Source: Alphaproteobacteria bacterium (GTDB lineage Bacteria; Pseudomonadota; Alphaproteobacteria; UBA828). From it: a DNA stretch of 64,000 nucleotides. How positions within the stretch are numbered: position 1 is the stretch's first letter; every line of letters begins with the position of its first letter. The position numbers and the translations under genes are program-made. The stretch covers positions 608,001 through 672,000 of the forward strand of contig CBDCQT010000010.1 in assembly GCA_965220745.1 (NCBI GenBank). The letters are read 5' to 3'. Shown here piece by piece: positions 8,070 through 19,881 of the stretch. A model generated the notes under the pieces. That model was not told the DNA's origin. It did no database searches and saw only the letters and a list, made by a program, of their open reading frames with translations.

Positions 8070-10274
8070 TCAGCGCCGCCGACGCGGCCTGCCACGCCGT
8101 CTGCCGTCACGGTCCCGCGACGACTCCCAGGCCTCACCGTTCACGGCAGAGAGCGAGAAGACGAGGCCGCCGGCGACCGGGTTGGCCTCCCGGAGCGTCA
8201 CGACCACCGGATCGCCCAGGCGCAGGACGCGCCCGTCGACCGCGAGCGAGTGCCGGCGGGAATCGAAGCGCGGCCGGGCGGCGCCGAGGGTCGCACCCGG
8301 CACCAGGCCTTCGGCACCGGTCTCGTCGAGGGAGACGAAGATGCCGAAGCGCGTCACGCCGGCGATCCGCCCGTCGAATTCCGCATCCACGCGATCGGCC
8401 AGGTAGGCGGCGCAGTAGCGATCCCCGGCATCGCGCTCGGCGGCCTGCGCGCGCCGCTCGGTGGAGGAGATGTGCGCGCTGACGCGCTCCAGCACCTCCG
8501 GCTCTGTGCGGCCGGCGCCGCCCGGCCCGAGGTTGTAAGCATCGATCAGGGCGCGATGGACCAGCAGGTCGGCGTAGCGGCGGATCGGCGAGGTGAAATG
8601 GGCGTAGCGCACGAGGCCGAGCCCGTAGTGGCCGATGTTGCGCGGGCTGTAGGCGGCCTGCGCCTGGGCGCGCAGGATCATCAGGCTGGCGATGCTGGCA
8701 TCGCGCGGGTTCTCGAGCAGGGCGAGGAAGCGGTTGAAGGTATCGGGGCTGAGCGCGCCGCTGCGCGGCAGAGCGATCCCGCGGCTGCGGAGGAACTCGC
8801 GCAGCACGTCCAGCTTCGCGGTATCGGGCCGGTCGTGGACGCGGTACATGCAAGGCACACGCTTGGCTTCGAGGGCGCTGGCGGCAGCGACGTTGGCCGC
8901 GATCATCAGCTCCTCAATCAGGCGGTGACTGTCGTGACGGCGGGCAAAGCCGATGCGGGCCACGGTGCCGTCGTCTGCCAGCGTGATCTCGCGCTCCGGC
9001 AGCTCCAGGTCGAGCGCGCCGCGCCGCTCGCGCGCCGCCTTGAGCGCACCGAAGACGCCGTAGAGCGCGGCGATCGAGGCACGGACCGGCGCTGGCAGGC
9101 CCTCGCCGTCGCGCTCGGCGGCGGCCTGAACCTCGTCGTAGGTGAGCCGCGCGGCCGAGCGCATGAGCGCGCGCTCGAAGCGCCAGTCGCGCAGTTCGCC
9201 GTCGGCGTCAATGCGGAGGTGCGCGGCGAGGCAGGCGCGGTCGACACCGGGCTTCAGCGAGCAGAGCTCGGCGGAGAGCGCCTCCGGCAGCATCGGCACC
9301 ACGCGATCGGGGAAGTAGGCGGAATTGCCGCGCTCTTGTGCCGCCCTGTCGAGAGCGCTGCCGGGGCGCACGAAGTGGGCCACGTCGGCGATGGCGACGA
9401 CCGCGCGCCAGCCGCCCTTGTTGTCCGGCGCGGGGTCGGGCTCGGCCCAGACCGCGTCGTCGAAATCGCGGGCGTCGGCGCCGTCGATGGTCACCAGGGG
9501 CAGGGTCCGCAGGTCGGCGCGGCCGTCGAGGTCCGGTGCCGCCGCTTGCTCCGCCTCCGCGAGCGCCGCGTCGGAGAAGCGGAGCGGCAGGCCGTGAGCG
9601 TGGATCGCGGCGAGGCTGACCGCGCCGGGCGAGTCCGCGTCGCCCAGCCGCTCGACCACCCTGGCTTCGGCCAGGCCGAGGCGGCTGCCGGGCTCGGTCT
9701 CGCCCACCACCAGCTCGCCCGTGCGCGCACCGGCGGTCTGCTCCGCCGGCACCGTTAGATCGCGGCGGGAGCGGCGCTCGGCGGGCTCGATCACGCCGCC
9801 GCCGCTGCCGGTGGCGCGGAAGACGCCGACCACCCGGCGCGGGCCGGCATCGAGCACGCGCATGGGCCGCGCCAGGTAGCCGCCATCGGGCGCGGGCCTG
9901 AGCCGCGCGAGCACGCGATCGCCTTCCCCCGGCTCGGGCACGCCGCGCGGCGCGGGGTCGAGGGTGATTCGCGGGGGCGGATCGTCTTCCTCCCAGCGCG
10001 CCGGGCGGGCCGTGAGCGCGCCGTCCGCGTCGAGGCCGTCGACCTCCAGCACCGTGACCGACGGCAGGGTGCCGGCGGGGCGGCGTCGGGTGCGGCGCGC
10101 GTCGATTGCGCCCTCCGCCTCCAGCGAGCGCACGAGATCCTTCAGCGCGGCGCGATCGTTGCCGCGAATGTTGAAGGCGCGGGCGATCTCGCGCATTCCG
10201 GTCTTGCCGGGGCTCTCCCGGACAAAGCGCAGAACCTCGTCCCTGGTCGGAAAGGGAGCCGGCTTGCCTGCCAA
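8070..10274 (-). CDS. rnr: Ribonuclease R
   Basis: TIDGADARDFDDA, MLPEALS, YAHFTSPIRRYADL, C-terminal S1 domain. Confidence 0.95.
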   Translation of the reverse strand: MAGKPAPFPTRDEVLRFVRESPGKTGMREIARAFNIRGNDRAALKDLVRSLEAEGAIDARRTRRRPAGTLPSVTVLEVDGLDADGALTARPARWEEDDPPPRITLDPAPRGVPEPGEGDRVLARLRPAPDGGYLARPMRVLDAGPRRVVGVFRATGSGGGVIEPAERRSRRDLTVPAEQTAGARTGELVVGETEPGSRLGLAEARVVERLGDADSPGAVSLAAIHAHGLPLRFSDAALAEAEQAAAPDLDGRADLRTLPLVTIDGADARDFDDAVWAEPDPAPDNKGGWRAVVAIADVAHFVRPGSALDRAAQERGNSAYFPDRVVPMLPEALSAELCSLKPGVDRACLAAHLRIDADGELRDWRFERALMRSAARLTYDEVQAAAERDGEGLPAPVRASIAALYGVFGALKAARERRGALDLELPEREITLADDGTVARIGFARRHDSHRLIEELMIAANVAAASALEAKRVPCMYRVHDRPDTAKLDVLREFLRSRGIALPRSGALSPDTFNRFLALLENPRDASIASLMILRAQAQAAYSPRNIGHYGLGLVRYAHFTSPIRRYADLLVHRALIDAYNLGPGGAGRTEPEVLERVSAHISSTERRAQAAERDAGDRYCAAYLADRVDAEFDGRIAGVTRFGIFVSLDETGAEGLVPGATLGAARPRFDSRRHSLAVDGRVLRLGDPVVVTLREANPVAGGLVFSLSAVNGEAWESSRDRDGRRRGRPRRRR

Positions 10275-10289
10275 GAGCGCCGCGCGTCG

Positions 10290-12908
10290 CTAGGGCGCGC
10301 CGTCGGCAGGCGCGTCCGCTTGTCGGCGCGAGCCGCGCTTGGACTTCGACCGTGCCGTGCCGGTCGTGGCCGTTGCGGACTTGCGCCCGCGCCCGGCGCT
10401 CTTCTTCTTGGCGCCGCCCTTGACCGCCTTGGCGGCGAGCAGCTTGACCGCTTCATCGAGGGTGAGGTCGTCGTCGGACGTGCCTTTGGGCAGTGAGGCC
10501 CGCAGCCTGCCATGCTGGACGTAGGGCCCGTAGCGGCCTGTGTGGAGTGTTACCGCCTGGCCGCCGTCAGGGTGGGCGCCGAGCTCGCGCAGCAGACGCG
10601 CGCCGCCCTTCTTCTCGGCAATCAGGACCACGGCACGGTTCAGGCCCACGTCCAGCACGTTCTCGCCGCGCGGCAGCGAGCGATAGGCGCCGTCGTGCTT
10701 GACGTAGGCGCCGAAGCGGCCGATGCCGGCGGTGACCGGCTTGCCGGTCTCGGGGTGAGTGCCGATCTCACGCGGGAGCGCCAACAGGCCGAGCGCCGTC
10801 TGGAGATCGACCAGGTCCGGCGCGAGGTCCTGAGGTAGCGACACGCGCTTGGGCTTCTCCTTGGTGGTGCCGTCCACGCCGCGCTCGACGTAGAGGCCGT
10901 AGGGACCGCGCTTCAACTGAACGGGGAAGCCGGTCTCAGGGTCGTTCCCCAGCGTGCGGGGCTCCGCTGCATCGCCGCCGTTGTCGGCGAGCGGGCGCGT
11001 GTACTTGCACTCGGGATAGTTGGCGCAACCGACGAAGGGGCCGTAGCGCCCGAGCTTGAGTCCGAGGCGCCCGTCCGCGCAGGAGGGGCAGCGGCGGTCC
11101 TCGCCGCCGTCCTCGGCGGGAAAGAGGTGCAGGCCGAGGGTCTCGTCGAGGGCGTCGAGCACATGCTTGACCCGGAGCCCCTTGGTCTCTTCCACCGCGC
11201 CGGCGAAGTCCCGCCAGAAATCGCTCAGCACCGCCCGCCAGTCGATTTCGCCGGCGGAGATGGTGTCGAGCTGGCCTTCGAGCGAGGCGGTGAAGTCGTA
11301 CTCGACATAGCGGCTGAAGAAGTTTTCGAGGAACACCGTGACGATGCGCCCGCGGTCCTCCGGCACGAAGCGGCGCTTCTCCAGGCGCACGTAGTTGCGG
11401 TCCTGCAGCACCGAGATGATCGAGGCATAGGTGGAGGGGCGGCCGATGCCGAGCTCTTCGAGCCGCCTGACCAGGCTCGCTTCCGAGAAACGCGGCGGCG
11501 GCTCGGTCACGTGCTTGTTCGGTGTGACGCCGGCGACCGCCATCGCCTCGCCCACGGTGACCGCCGGCAGCCTGCGCTCGTCGTCCGCGTCGTCGCCGCC
11601 TTCGCGCCGGGCGTCGTCGCGGCCCTCCTGATAGACGCGCAAGAAGCCGTCGAAGGCGATCGTCGAACCGGTGGCGCGCAGCCCGGTGCGGCCGTCGTCG
11701 GAGGCGATATCCACGCTCACACGGTCGATCTCGGCACTCGCCATCTGGCTCGCGAGCGCGCGCTTCCAGATCAGCTCGTAGAGCCGCGCCTGGTCCTTCT
11801 TGAGCACGGCCGAGAGCGACTGTGGCGTGCGGGCGAGATCGGTGGGGCGGATGGCTTCGTGCGCCTCTTGCGCGTTCTTGGCCTTGGTGCGATAGCGGCG
11901 GGGCTTCTCCGGCACGTAGTTCGAGCCGTAGCGTTGCCCGATCACATCCCGCGCCTGGCGCAGCGCCTGCTCGGCGATCTGCACGCCGTCGGTCCGCATG
12001 TAGGTGATGAGGCCCACCTGCTCGCCGCCCACCGCGATGCCTTCGTAGAGTTGCTGGGCCACCTGCATGGTGCGGCGCGCGGCGAAGCCGAGCTTGCGTG
12101 AGGCCTCCTGCTGCAGGGTGGATGTGGTGAAGGGGGGCGCCGGATTGCGCTTGACCCGCTTGGGCTCGACGGCGGCGATGCGGTAGCGGCCGGCGCGGAC
12201 GAGTTCGGCCGCCCGTTCGGCCGCAGCCTGGTCGCCGAGTGCGTACTTGCCGAGCTTCTCGCCGTCGAAGGCGGCGAGGCGGGCCACCATGCGCTCGCCC
12301 CTGGGCGTGTCGAGATCGACCTCGATCGACCAGTACTCGCGCGGCTTGAACGCCTCGATCTCGAGCTCGCGCGCGCAGATCAGGCGGAGCGCGACCGATT
12401 GTACGCGGCCGGCCGAGCGCGAGCCGGGCAGCTTGCGCCAGAGCACCGGGGAGAGCGTGAAGCCCACCAGGTAGTCGAGCGCACGGCGCGCCCTGTAGGC
12501 GTCGATCAGGTTGTCGTCGAGGTCGCGGGGGGCGGCCATGGCGTCGAGCACGGCGGACTTGGTGACCTCGGTGAAGACCACGCGCTTGACCGCGACACCG
12601 TCCAGCAGCCCGCGCCGGCTGAGCTCGTCCCGCACGTGCCAGGAGATCGCCTCGCCCTCGCGGTCAGGGTCGGTGGCGAGATAGAGATGGTTCGCGCCCC
12701 GGAGCGCCTTGCGGATGGCGCCGATGTGCTTCTCGGCACCATCGGCGACGGTCCAGTCCATGGCGAAGGCATCGTCCGGCCGCACCGAGCCGTCCTTGGG
12801 CAGGAGGTCGCGAACGTGCCCGTAGGAGGCCACGACCTTGTAGTCGGGCCCCAGGTACCTGCCGATGGTGGACGCCTTGGTGGGCGATTCGACGACGACG
12901 ACGTTCAT
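10290..12908 (-). CDS. topA: DNA topoisomerase I
   Basis: VVESPTKA, ATDPDREGE, SAGRVQS, LITYMRTD, zinc ribbon and C-terminal GRYGPY repeats. Confidence 0.97.
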   Translation of the reverse strand: MNVVVVESPTKASTIGRYLGPDYKVVASYGHVRDLLPKDGSVRPDDAFAMDWTVADGAEKHIGAIRKALRGANHLYLATDPDREGEAISWHVRDELSRRGLLDGVAVKRVVFTEVTKSAVLDAMAAPRDLDDNLIDAYRARRALDYLVGFTLSPVLWRKLPGSRSAGRVQSVALRLICARELEIEAFKPREYWSIEVDLDTPRGERMVARLAAFDGEKLGKYALGDQAAAERAAELVRAGRYRIAAVEPKRVKRNPAPPFTTSTLQQEASRKLGFAARRTMQVAQQLYEGIAVGGEQVGLITYMRTDGVQIAEQALRQARDVIGQRYGSNYVPEKPRRYRTKAKNAQEAHEAIRPTDLARTPQSLSAVLKKDQARLYELIWKRALASQMASAEIDRVSVDIASDDGRTGLRATGSTIAFDGFLRVYQEGRDDARREGGDDADDERRLPAVTVGEAMAVAGVTPNKHVTEPPPRFSEASLVRRLEELGIGRPSTYASIISVLQDRNYVRLEKRRFVPEDRGRIVTVFLENFFSRYVEYDFTASLEGQLDTISAGEIDWRAVLSDFWRDFAGAVEETKGLRVKHVLDALDETLGLHLFPAEDGGEDRRCPSCADGRLGLKLGRYGPFVGCANYPECKYTRPLADNGGDAAEPRTLGNDPETGFPVQLKRGPYGLYVERGVDGTTKEKPKRVSLPQDLAPDLVDLQTALGLLALPREIGTHPETGKPVTAGIGRFGAYVKHDGAYRSLPRGENVLDVGLNRAVVLIAEKKGGARLLRELGAHPDGGQAVTLHTGRYGPYVQHGRLRASLPKGTSDDDLTLDEAVKLLAAKAVKGGAKKKSAGRGRKSATATTGTARSKSKRGSRRQADAPADGAP

Positions 12909-12943
12909 CCTGAAACGATTGCTGGTAGCGTCATCGGGCGGCG

Positions 12944-14092
12944 CTACGCCGCCGGCTCGGAGAGTGAAACGCGGTTGCCGGGCTGCCGCTCCAGGCGTCC
13001 CGCCAACTCAAGCTCAAGCAAAATGGTTGCCACCATCGCGGGAGTCAACCGGCTCTGCCTGACCAGCATGTCCACCGGCACGGGGCTCGGGCCGAGCAAT
13101 GCGCTCACCGCGTCGCGGGCGTTGGCAGGGGCGTCGTGGTCCTCGGGCGGGCCGGGAGCGGCCTCTGTCGGCCAGCGTTGCCGGGGTTCGCTGAGCGCCT
13201 GGCGGCCGCCTTCGGCGAGCGCCTCGAGCACGTGGTCGGCGTTCTCCACCAGCGTGGCTCCCTGGCGAATCAAGCGGTTAGGACCGCTGGCGCGGGGGTC
13301 GAGGGGCGAGCCGGGGACTGCCATCACTTCGCGGCCCTGCTCGAGCGCGAGCCGCGCCGTGATGAGAGAGCCGGAGCGCGCCGCGCCCTCGACGATCACG
13401 ACGCCTCGGGAGAGTCCGGCGATGATGCGGTTGCGGCGCGGGAAGTGGCGCCCTATCGGCACGGTGCCGAGCGGCGCCTCAGCGACGACCGTCCCTTCCG
13501 CCAGCAGCTTCTCGAAGAGCGCCCTGTTCTCCTTGGGATAGAGCACATCGACGCCGCCGCCCATGACAGCCACCGTGCCGGTGGCGAGCGCGCCGGTGTG
13601 GGCGTGGGCGTCGATGCCTCGGGCCATGCCCGAGACCACGGTGAGCCCGGCCGCGCCGAGGTCCGTCGCCAGTCGCTCCGCGAAGTGAAGCCCGTTGGCA
13701 GACGCGTTGCGCGCCCCCACCACGGCGATGCACTCGCTCGCGAGGAGGTCCGCGCGTCCGCGCAGGGCGAGCACCGGCGGCGGGTCGTCGATAGCGGCGA
13801 GCGCCAGCGGATAGGCGGGCTCGCCGACGGCGATCAGGTGCCCGCCGAGCCGGTCCAGCGCCTCGACCTCGCGCTCGGCGGTGGCGCGCGCGCAGACCTT
13901 GATGGGGCGCCGGCGGCCGCCGCGGCGCGCGAGCGCAGGCAGCGCGTCGAGCACGGCGGCGGGGGAGCCGAAGCGCTCCAGCAGAGCGAAGAAGGTGATC
14001 GGGCCGACGTTCTCGCTGCGCGCGAGGCGCAGCCAGTCGAGCCGCTCGGCGTCGGTCAGTGTGCGGGGTTCGTCGACGTGAGAGGCGTTCAT
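12944..14092 (-). CDS. dprA: DNA-protecting protein DprA
   Basis: VVGARNAS, SGMARGID, FPRRNRIIAG, SGSLITA; located between plsY and topA. Confidence 0.95.
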   Translation of the reverse strand: MNASHVDEPRTLTDAERLDWLRLARSENVGPITFFALLERFGSPAAVLDALPALARRGGRRRPIKVCARATAEREVEALDRLGGHLIAVGEPAYPLALAAIDDPPPVLALRGRADLLASECIAVVGARNASANGLHFAERLATDLGAAGLTVVSGMARGIDAHAHTGALATGTVAVMGGGVDVLYPKENRALFEKLLAEGTVVAEAPLGTVPIGRHFPRRNRIIAGLSRGVVIVEGAARSGSLITARLALEQGREVMAVPGSPLDPRASGPNRLIRQGATLVENADHVLEALAEGGRQALSEPRQRWPTEAAPGPPEDHDAPANARDAVSALLGPSPVPVDMLVRQSRLTPAMVATILLELELAGRLERQPGNRVSLSEPAA

Positions 14093-14739
14093 TGGCCCGC
14101 CGGCGGCTCGGCCTCTGGCACGGCCTGTGCGCTGCGGCCGATGCGGGGCTCGCGGCCCCGCGCGAGGCGCACGATGTTCGCGGCGTGGCGCAGCGTCACG
14201 ATGACCGCGAGGAAGCCCGCGAGCCACGATATCTGCGGCATGTCGAAGAGGATCGCGAAGCCAGGTGACGCGCAAATCGCGATCAAGGCGGCGAGGGAGG
14301 AATAGCGGAAGAGCCCGGCGACGGCGAGCCAGAGCCCGCAGGCGACGAGCCCCACCGGCCACGCGATGGCGAGCAGCACGCCCAAGGTCGTGGCCACGCC
14401 CTTGCCACCCTTGAAGAGAAGCCAGACCGGCGCGATGTGGCCCACGACCACGCAGCCTGCGGCGATCACCGCCATGTCGGGGCCGAAGCGCTGGGCGATG
14501 ACCACGGCGACGGCGCCCTTGCCGCCGTCGAGCAGCAGGGTGAGCGCGGCTGCCGCCTTGTTTCCGGTGCGCAGCACGTTGGTCGCCCCGATGTTGCCGG
14601 AGCCGATGCGCCGCAGGTCGCCGAGCTTGAAGAGGCGCGCGACGATCAACCCCATGGGGAGCGCGCCGATCAGATAGGCGATGACCCCGCCGGCGTAGAA
14701 CGGCCAGGTGAAGGCGAAGTTGCCGAGCGGATCGGGCAC
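14089..14739 (-). CDS. plsY: Glycerol-3-phosphate acyltransferase PlsY
   Basis: GSGNIGATN, GGKGVAT, RHAANI. Confidence 0.95.
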   Translation of the reverse strand: MPDPLGNFAFTWPFYAGGVIAYLIGALPMGLIVARLFKLGDLRRIGSGNIGATNVLRTGNKAAAALTLLLDGGKGAVAVVIAQRFGPDMAVIAAGCVVVGHIAPVWLLFKGGKGVATTLGVLLAIAWPVGLVACGLWLAVAGLFRYSSLAALIAICASPGFAILFDMPQISWLAGFLAVIVTLRHAANIVRLARGREPRIGRSAQAVPEAEPPAGQ

Positions 14740-14753
14740 CGCGACCGGCCGGA

Positions 14754-15785
14754 CTAGGGCCGCATGATCATGCGACCGAAGAAGTTGCGGCTTTCCATCA
14801 GCGCGTGGGCCGCCGGCGCCTCGCTCAGGGCGAAGGTCTGGTGGATCACCGGCTTGAGATGGCCCTCCGCCATCAGCCCGAGCACGCGCTCGACGTGGCC
14901 CTTGGTCGAGCGCCCGCAGCCGTGCACCGCGATGTGCTTGCGGAAGAACTCGATGAAGTCGATCTCCACCCGCTCGCCGCCGTGGGCGCCGATGGTGGCG
15001 AGCCGGGCGCCGGGCGCGAGCGCGTCGATGGCGCCCACGAGGATTGCGCCGCCGGTCATCTCCAGCGCCGCGTCGACGCCGCGGCCATCGGTGAGCCGGC
15101 GGGCCGCGTCACCGATGTCCTCGCGGGTGTAGTCGATGGCCGCGTCGGCGCCGAGCGCGCGGGCCTTCTCCAGCTTCTCCTCGGAGCCTGCGGCGGCGAT
15201 CACCCGCGCACCCGCGAGCTTCGCGATCTGCACGGCGGCGGAGCCGACGCCGCCGCCCGCCGCAGTGATCAGCACCGTCTCGCCGGCGCGGAGGGCGATC
15301 TCCTCGATCAAAGCTTCCCAGGCGGTGGCGAAGGGAATCTGGCCGGCCACCGCGTCTTCGTAGGAGAGCGAATCGGGGATGCGGACGACGTGGTCATGGC
15401 GCACCCGCACATACTCCGCGTAGCCGCCCCAATGGGTGACTCCGAGGACGCCCGCGTTCATGCACAGATTCTCGCGGCCGTCGCGGCAGTCGCCGCAGGT
15501 ACCGCAGCTCAGCATGAAGTGGGGCGCGACGCGGTCGCCCTCGCTGAAGCCCGTCACCCCGGCACCCACGTCCGCGACCGCGCCTGCCGCGTCCACGCCC
15601 ATGACGTGCGGCATGGGGCTGTCCACGCCGAAGAGCCCCTTGCGCAGGTCGGTGTCGCAGTGGTTCACGCCCGAGGCGTGGACCTTGATGAGGAGCTCGC
15701 CAGGGCCGGCGGCGGGGGTCTGGACATCCTCGTAGACGATCGTGTCGAAGGCCTCGCCGTAGCCGTGGATCACCGCCGCTTTCAT
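14754..15785 (-). CDS. Zinc-binding MDR dehydrogenase / quinone oxidoreductase
   Basis: GVNHCD, CGTCGDC...C structural zinc site, AAGGGVGS Rossmann motif. Confidence 0.88.
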   Translation of the reverse strand: MKAAVIHGYGEAFDTIVYEDVQTPAAGPGELLIKVHASGVNHCDTDLRKGLFGVDSPMPHVMGVDAAGAVADVGAGVTGFSEGDRVAPHFMLSCGTCGDCRDGRENLCMNAGVLGVTHWGGYAEYVRVRHDHVVRIPDSLSYEDAVAGQIPFATAWEALIEEIALRAGETVLITAAGGGVGSAAVQIAKLAGARVIAAAGSEEKLEKARALGADAAIDYTREDIGDAARRLTDGRGVDAALEMTGGAILVGAIDALAPGARLATIGAHGGERVEIDFIEFFRKHIAVHGCGRSTKGHVERVLGLMAEGHLKPVIHQTFALSEAPAAHALMESRNFFGRMIMRP

Positions 15786-16732
15786 GCCCTCCCTCCCGCG
15801 ACCCGCACCCTGGCGCGCCCGTCTGCCGAGGCCGCCACCAGGGCCGCGGCCCGATGGACGCTCGTATGCCGGCGCGCAAGGCGGTCCAGATCGTCGGCAT
15901 AGCCGCCACCCACCACGCAGGCGGTCGGCACATCGGCCTCGCGGCAGGTCTCGATCACGTAGCGGTCGCGCCTGGCGAGGCCGCCGTCGCCAAGCGCGAG
16001 CCGGCCGAGCTTGTCCTCCACATGGGGATCGACGCCGGCATTGTAGAACACGATGTCCGGCCGATGGTCCGCGAGCAGTGCCGGCAGGTGGGTCGCCAGC
16101 ACCGAATGATAGACGTCATCGCCGGTGCCGGGCGGGACGCCGATGTCGAGATCGCTGGTCTCCTTCGAGGGCGGATAGTTGGCCTCGCAGTGGAGCGAGA
16201 AGGTGAAGACCTCCGGCTCGCTCTGGAAGATCGCCGCCGTGCCGTCGCCCTGATGGACGTCGAGATCCACCACCAGCGCCCGCTCGATCAGCCCTTCGGA
16301 ACGCAGCACGCGGATTGCGACGGCGACATCGTTGAAGAGGCAGAAGCCGGCACCGTGATCGGCAAAGGCATGGTGGCTGCCCCCCGCCGTGTTGCAGGCG
16401 AGCCCGTGCTCCAGCGCGAGGCGGCCGGTGAGCACGGTCCCGCCCACCGCGGCGCGACCGCGGCGGACCAGGGCGTCGGAGAGCGGCAGCCCGAGCCGGC
16501 GGATGGCGCGGCGGTCGAGCGCGAGGGTCAGCACAGCGTCGACGTAGGCCTCGTCATGCGCGAGCGTCAGCCACCCCCGAGACGCGGGCGTTGGCTCTAC
16601 GAGGTTCGCCGGCGCAATCACGCCGTCCTCCAGCAGCACGTCCTTGATCCGGCCGAACTTCCCGATGGGGAAGCGATGGCCGGGCGGCAGCGGAACCGTG
16701 TAATCGGGGTGAAAGACGACCGGAAGGGTCAC
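15782..16732 (-). CDS. Histone deacetylase family protein
   Basis: [31 protein letters not shown]. Confidence 0.92.
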   Translation of the reverse strand: MTLPVVFHPDYTVPLPPGHRFPIGKFGRIKDVLLEDGVIAPANLVEPTPASRGWLTLAHDEAYVDAVLTLALDRRAIRRLGLPLSDALVRRGRAAVGGTVLTGRLALEHGLACNTAGGSHHAFADHGAGFCLFNDVAVAIRVLRSEGLIERALVVDLDVHQGDGTAAIFQSEPEVFTFSLHCEANYPPSKETSDLDIGVPPGTGDDVYHSVLATHLPALLADHRPDIVFYNAGVDPHVEDKLGRLALGDGGLARRDRYVIETCREADVPTACVVGGGYADDLDRLARRHTSVHRAAALVAASADGRARVRVAGGRA

Positions 16733-16749
16733 GGGCACCGGGCAAACGA

Positions 16750-17097
16750 CTAGAGGATGGACAACACGCTCTCGGGCGGCCGGCCGAGGGCCGCGCGGGC
16801 GCCGTTCACGACGACGGGCCGCTCGATGACGATGGGATTGGCCACCATAAGGTCGATCAGCGCGCGGCGGGAAAGACCATCGTCGGCCATGCCGGCCTCG
16901 CGATAGGCGGCCGCCTTCGTTCGCATCAGCGCGCGTGGCTCGATCCCGAGCTTGGTGAGCACGACGTCCAACTCGTCGGCCGAGGGCGGTGTCTTCAGAT
17001 ACTCCACGACTTGCGGCTCGATGCCCTGGTCCCGCAACAACTGCAATGTTTGACGGGACTTGGAGCAGCGCGGGTTGTGGTAAATAGTCACCGCCAT
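16750..17097 (-). CDS. arsC: Arsenate reductase, glutaredoxin-dependent ArsC family
   Basis: [22 protein letters not shown]. Confidence 0.88.
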   Translation of the reverse strand: MAVTIYHNPRCSKSRQTLQLLRDQGIEPQVVEYLKTPPSADELDVVLTKLGIEPRALMRTKAAAYREAGMADDGLSRRALIDLMVANPIVIERPVVVNGARAALGRPPESVLSIL

Positions 17098-17194
17098 GTC
17101 GTCCCTCCCGGTGCATCGCAGGGCGGCGGCACTCTGGCACGCGCTCACGCGGGGTGTCCAGAGGCCGGCCCCATGCGCCTCGCGCGCACGTATC

Positions 17195-19534
17195 GTGAGG
17201 GCCGCGGCGCTGCTGCTGGCGACCCTGTGGCTCGCCGCGAGCGCGCCGGCGCTCGCCCAGGACGGCACGCCCGCCGCCGACGCGGCCGACGCTCAGGCCC
17301 TCGAAAGCCTGGTCGAGACCCTCGAATCGCCGGAGCAGCGCGAGCGCTTCATCGCCGACCTCAAGGCCGCGCTGGAGGCCCAGCAGGCAACGGAGGCGAG
17401 CAAGGATGCCGAAGGCGCATCTGCCATGCGCGCGATTTCGGACGGGGTCGCCGTCCTCGGCAAGCACATCGTCGAGCTCGCGCGGGAAATCGCCGGCATC
17501 CCCGACGCCATCGCTTGGCTAGTCGAACATTGGGGCGAGCCGAGCGAGCGCGACGCCTGGCTGATCTCCTTCGGCAAGCTGGCCGCCGTCATGGCCGGTG
17601 GGATCATCGGCGGCCTGATCGCCTTCTACGCGCTCACCACGCTCAGGCGCCGGGTGGAGGGGCGGGAGGCACCCTCCCTCTGGCTCCGACCGGTGCTGCT
17701 GCTTTATCACGCCGTGCTCAGGGCGGCGCCCAACCTGATCGCGGCCGGCGTCGCCTACGGCGTCCTCACCGTGATATCGCCGGTCGACTCGGTTCGGGTG
17801 ATCGCGCTCGCGATTATCAACGCGCATCTCATCGTGACCGTGGTCAAGGTGGCGGGCACCCTGGTGCTGGCGCCTTACGCGCCGCAGCTTCGCCTCGCCC
17901 CGATCACCGACGAGAACGCCGCCTATTGCTCGGTCTGGTGGCGGCGCCTGGTAAACATCGGGGCCTACGGCTACGTCTTCTGTCAGGCGGCGCTGCTGCT
18001 CGGCCTGCCCGAGAGCGGCCACGACGCGCTGATCCGCCTGCTCGGCATCCTCCTGGTCGGGCTGCTCATCACCTTCATTCTGCAGAATCGCGTGGCGTTT
18101 GCGCGCTGGCTGCACGAGACCGGGCGGACCAGCGGCACGCGGGCGCACCTCAGGGTCTTCGCGTTCCTGGGCAAGCTCGCGGATTTCTGGCACATCCCGG
18201 CGATCCTCTACGTCGTCGCGGGCGGCCTGCTGGCTGCCGCCGAGGGGCTGGAGGGCTTCCTCTTCCTGATCAAGGGGAGCGCGCTCACTCTCTTGATCGC
18301 CTGGGCCACGGGCTTTGGCTTCGCAGGCGTCCGGCGCGGCTTCGAGCGAGGCTTTCGCATCCGTGCCGAGCTGCACGAGCGCTATCCGGGACTACAGGCA
18401 CGGGTCAACCGCTACCTGCCGGTGGCACGCCGGGCGGCGCAGGCGGTGATCCTGCTGCTGGGGATCTGCCTCATCCTCGAGGCGTGGAACGCCGACATTT
18501 TCACCTGGCTCGCGAGCGAAATCGGCCGCGCCGTGATCGCAACGATCGCCTCGATCGTGGCCATCGCCCTCATCGCGACGATCGTGCTCGAAGTGGCGAC
18601 CACGCTGGTCGACCGCTACCTCACCCAGGTCGACGAGAAGGGCGAGCTGGTGGAGCGGAGCCAGCGCGCCCGCACCCTGCTGCCGCTCGCGCGCAACGCG
18701 CTCCGCGTCGTCGTCGGTGTGATCGCGGCGCTGATGATCCTCTCGGAGATCGGCCTGGATATCGCGCCTGTGCTGGCGGGCGTGGGCGTCGCCGGCCTCG
18801 CCATCGGCTTCGGCGCGCAGACCCTGGTGAAGGACATCATCACCGGGCTCTTCATCCTGCTGGAGGACAGCGTCGCCGTGGGCGACGTGGTGACCGCCGG
18901 CGGCCACACCGGGACGGTCGAAGCGATCACGATCCGCACCATCCGCCTGCGCGACCTGCAGGGCCACGTGCACACCGTGCCGTTCAGCGGGGTCGACACG
19001 ATCTCCAACATGACCAAGGAGTTCTCCTACTACCTGATCGACATGGGCGTGGCCTACCGCGAGGACTACGACGAGGTGGTGGAGGTCATGCGCGAAGTGG
19101 GCGCGGAGCTGCAGCAGGACCCGGAGATCGGCCCCAACATGCTGGAGCCGCTGGAGATCATGGGCCTCAACAGCTTCGGCGATTCGGCCGTCATCGTCCG
19201 CGCCCGGCTCAAGACCAAGCCGCTCACGCAGTGGGCGACCGGCCGGGAGTACAACCGCAGGCTCAAGGCCGCGTTCGACGAGCGCGGGATCGAGATCCCC
19301 TTCCCCCATACGCAGATCTACTTCGGGGAGGACAAGCAGGGCCGCGCGCCAGCCGCCCAGGTGGTCATCGAGGACGCGCGGACGGACGACGACGACACAC
19401 CGCCGCAGTCCTCCGCTGATGACGAGAAGGAGCAGGAGAGACGGGCGCGGCAAAGGGAGCACACGCCGCGCGAGCGGAGCGGCGACGGGCCGGAAGACGC
19501 AGGCAGCGGCTCGGGCGACGATGCTCCGGGTTAG
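17195..19534 (+). CDS. Large MscS-family mechanosensitive channel (YbiO-like)
   Basis: Signal peptide, many TM segments, [21 protein letters not shown]; start uncertain. Confidence 0.9.
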   Translation: MRAAALLLATLWLAASAPALAQDGTPAADAADAQALESLVETLESPEQRERFIADLKAALEAQQATEASKDAEGASAMRAISDGVAVLGKHIVELAREIAGIPDAIAWLVEHWGEPSERDAWLISFGKLAAVMAGGIIGGLIAFYALTTLRRRVEGREAPSLWLRPVLLLYHAVLRAAPNLIAAGVAYGVLTVISPVDSVRVIALAIINAHLIVTVVKVAGTLVLAPYAPQLRLAPITDENAAYCSVWWRRLVNIGAYGYVFCQAALLLGLPESGHDALIRLLGILLVGLLITFILQNRVAFARWLHETGRTSGTRAHLRVFAFLGKLADFWHIPAILYVVAGGLLAAAEGLEGFLFLIKGSALTLLIAWATGFGFAGVRRGFERGFRIRAELHERYPGLQARVNRYLPVARRAAQAVILLLGICLILEAWNADIFTWLASEIGRAVIATIASIVAIALIATIVLEVATTLVDRYLTQVDEKGELVERSQRARTLLPLARNALRVVVGVIAALMILSEIGLDIAPVLAGVGVAGLAIGFGAQTLVKDIITGLFILLEDSVAVGDVVTAGGHTGTVEAITIRTIRLRDLQGHVHTVPFSGVDTISNMTKEFSYYLIDMGVAYREDYDEVVEVMREVGAELQQDPEIGPNMLEPLEIMGLNSFGDSAVIVRARLKTKPLTQWATGREYNRRLKAAFDERGIEIPFPHTQIYFGEDKQGRAPAAQVVIEDARTDDDDTPPQSSADDEKEQERRARQREHTPRERSGDGPEDAGSGSGDDAPG

Positions 19535-19565
19535 GAGTCCTTACATTTCCCTCAGGCGCCGGGCG

Positions 19566-19594
19566 TTGACTCGAGTAGGCCATTGGCCTACATC
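19566..19594 (+). promoter_or_regulatory. sigma70-type promoter with an overlapping palindromic operator for the TA operon
   Basis: TTGACT-17nt-TACATC; perfect inverted repeat GTAGGCCA-T-TGGCCTAC at 19575-19591. Confidence 0.65.
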
Positions 19595-19599
19595 ATGAC

Positions 19600-19881
19600 A
19601 TGGAATTCGAATGGGACGATGCCAAGAGTGACGCTTGTCTCGCACTGCGCGGCTTCGACTTCGACTATGCCATCCGCGTCTTCCTGGATGACAACCGAAT
19701 CGCCGGCCGGGACCGCCGCTGGGACTACGGCGAGGACCGCTATCGGCTGCTCGGGGCGATAGAAGGTCGCGTGTTCGTTGTGATCTACACCATGCGCGGT
19801 TCGGCCATCCGCATCATTTCGGCGCGCAAGGCCAACGGCAAGGAGGTTCGGGAGTATGAGCAGGACACGCGTCAGGATTGA
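19600..19881 (+). CDS. BrnT family toxin
   Basis: MEFEWDDAK, RGFDF, DYGEDRY, IRIISARKA. Confidence 0.9.
   Translation: MEFEWDDAKSDACLALRGFDFDYAIRVFLDDNRIAGRDRRWDYGEDRYRLLGAIEGRVFVVIYTMRGSAIRIISARKANGKEVREYEQDTRQD

Noticed and set aside
17011-19419. 802-aa alternative-frame ORF over the MscS gene
   Set aside because: Arg/Ala/Gly/Pro-rich shadow frame typical of high-GC DNA; the overlapping frame encodes a recognisable protein
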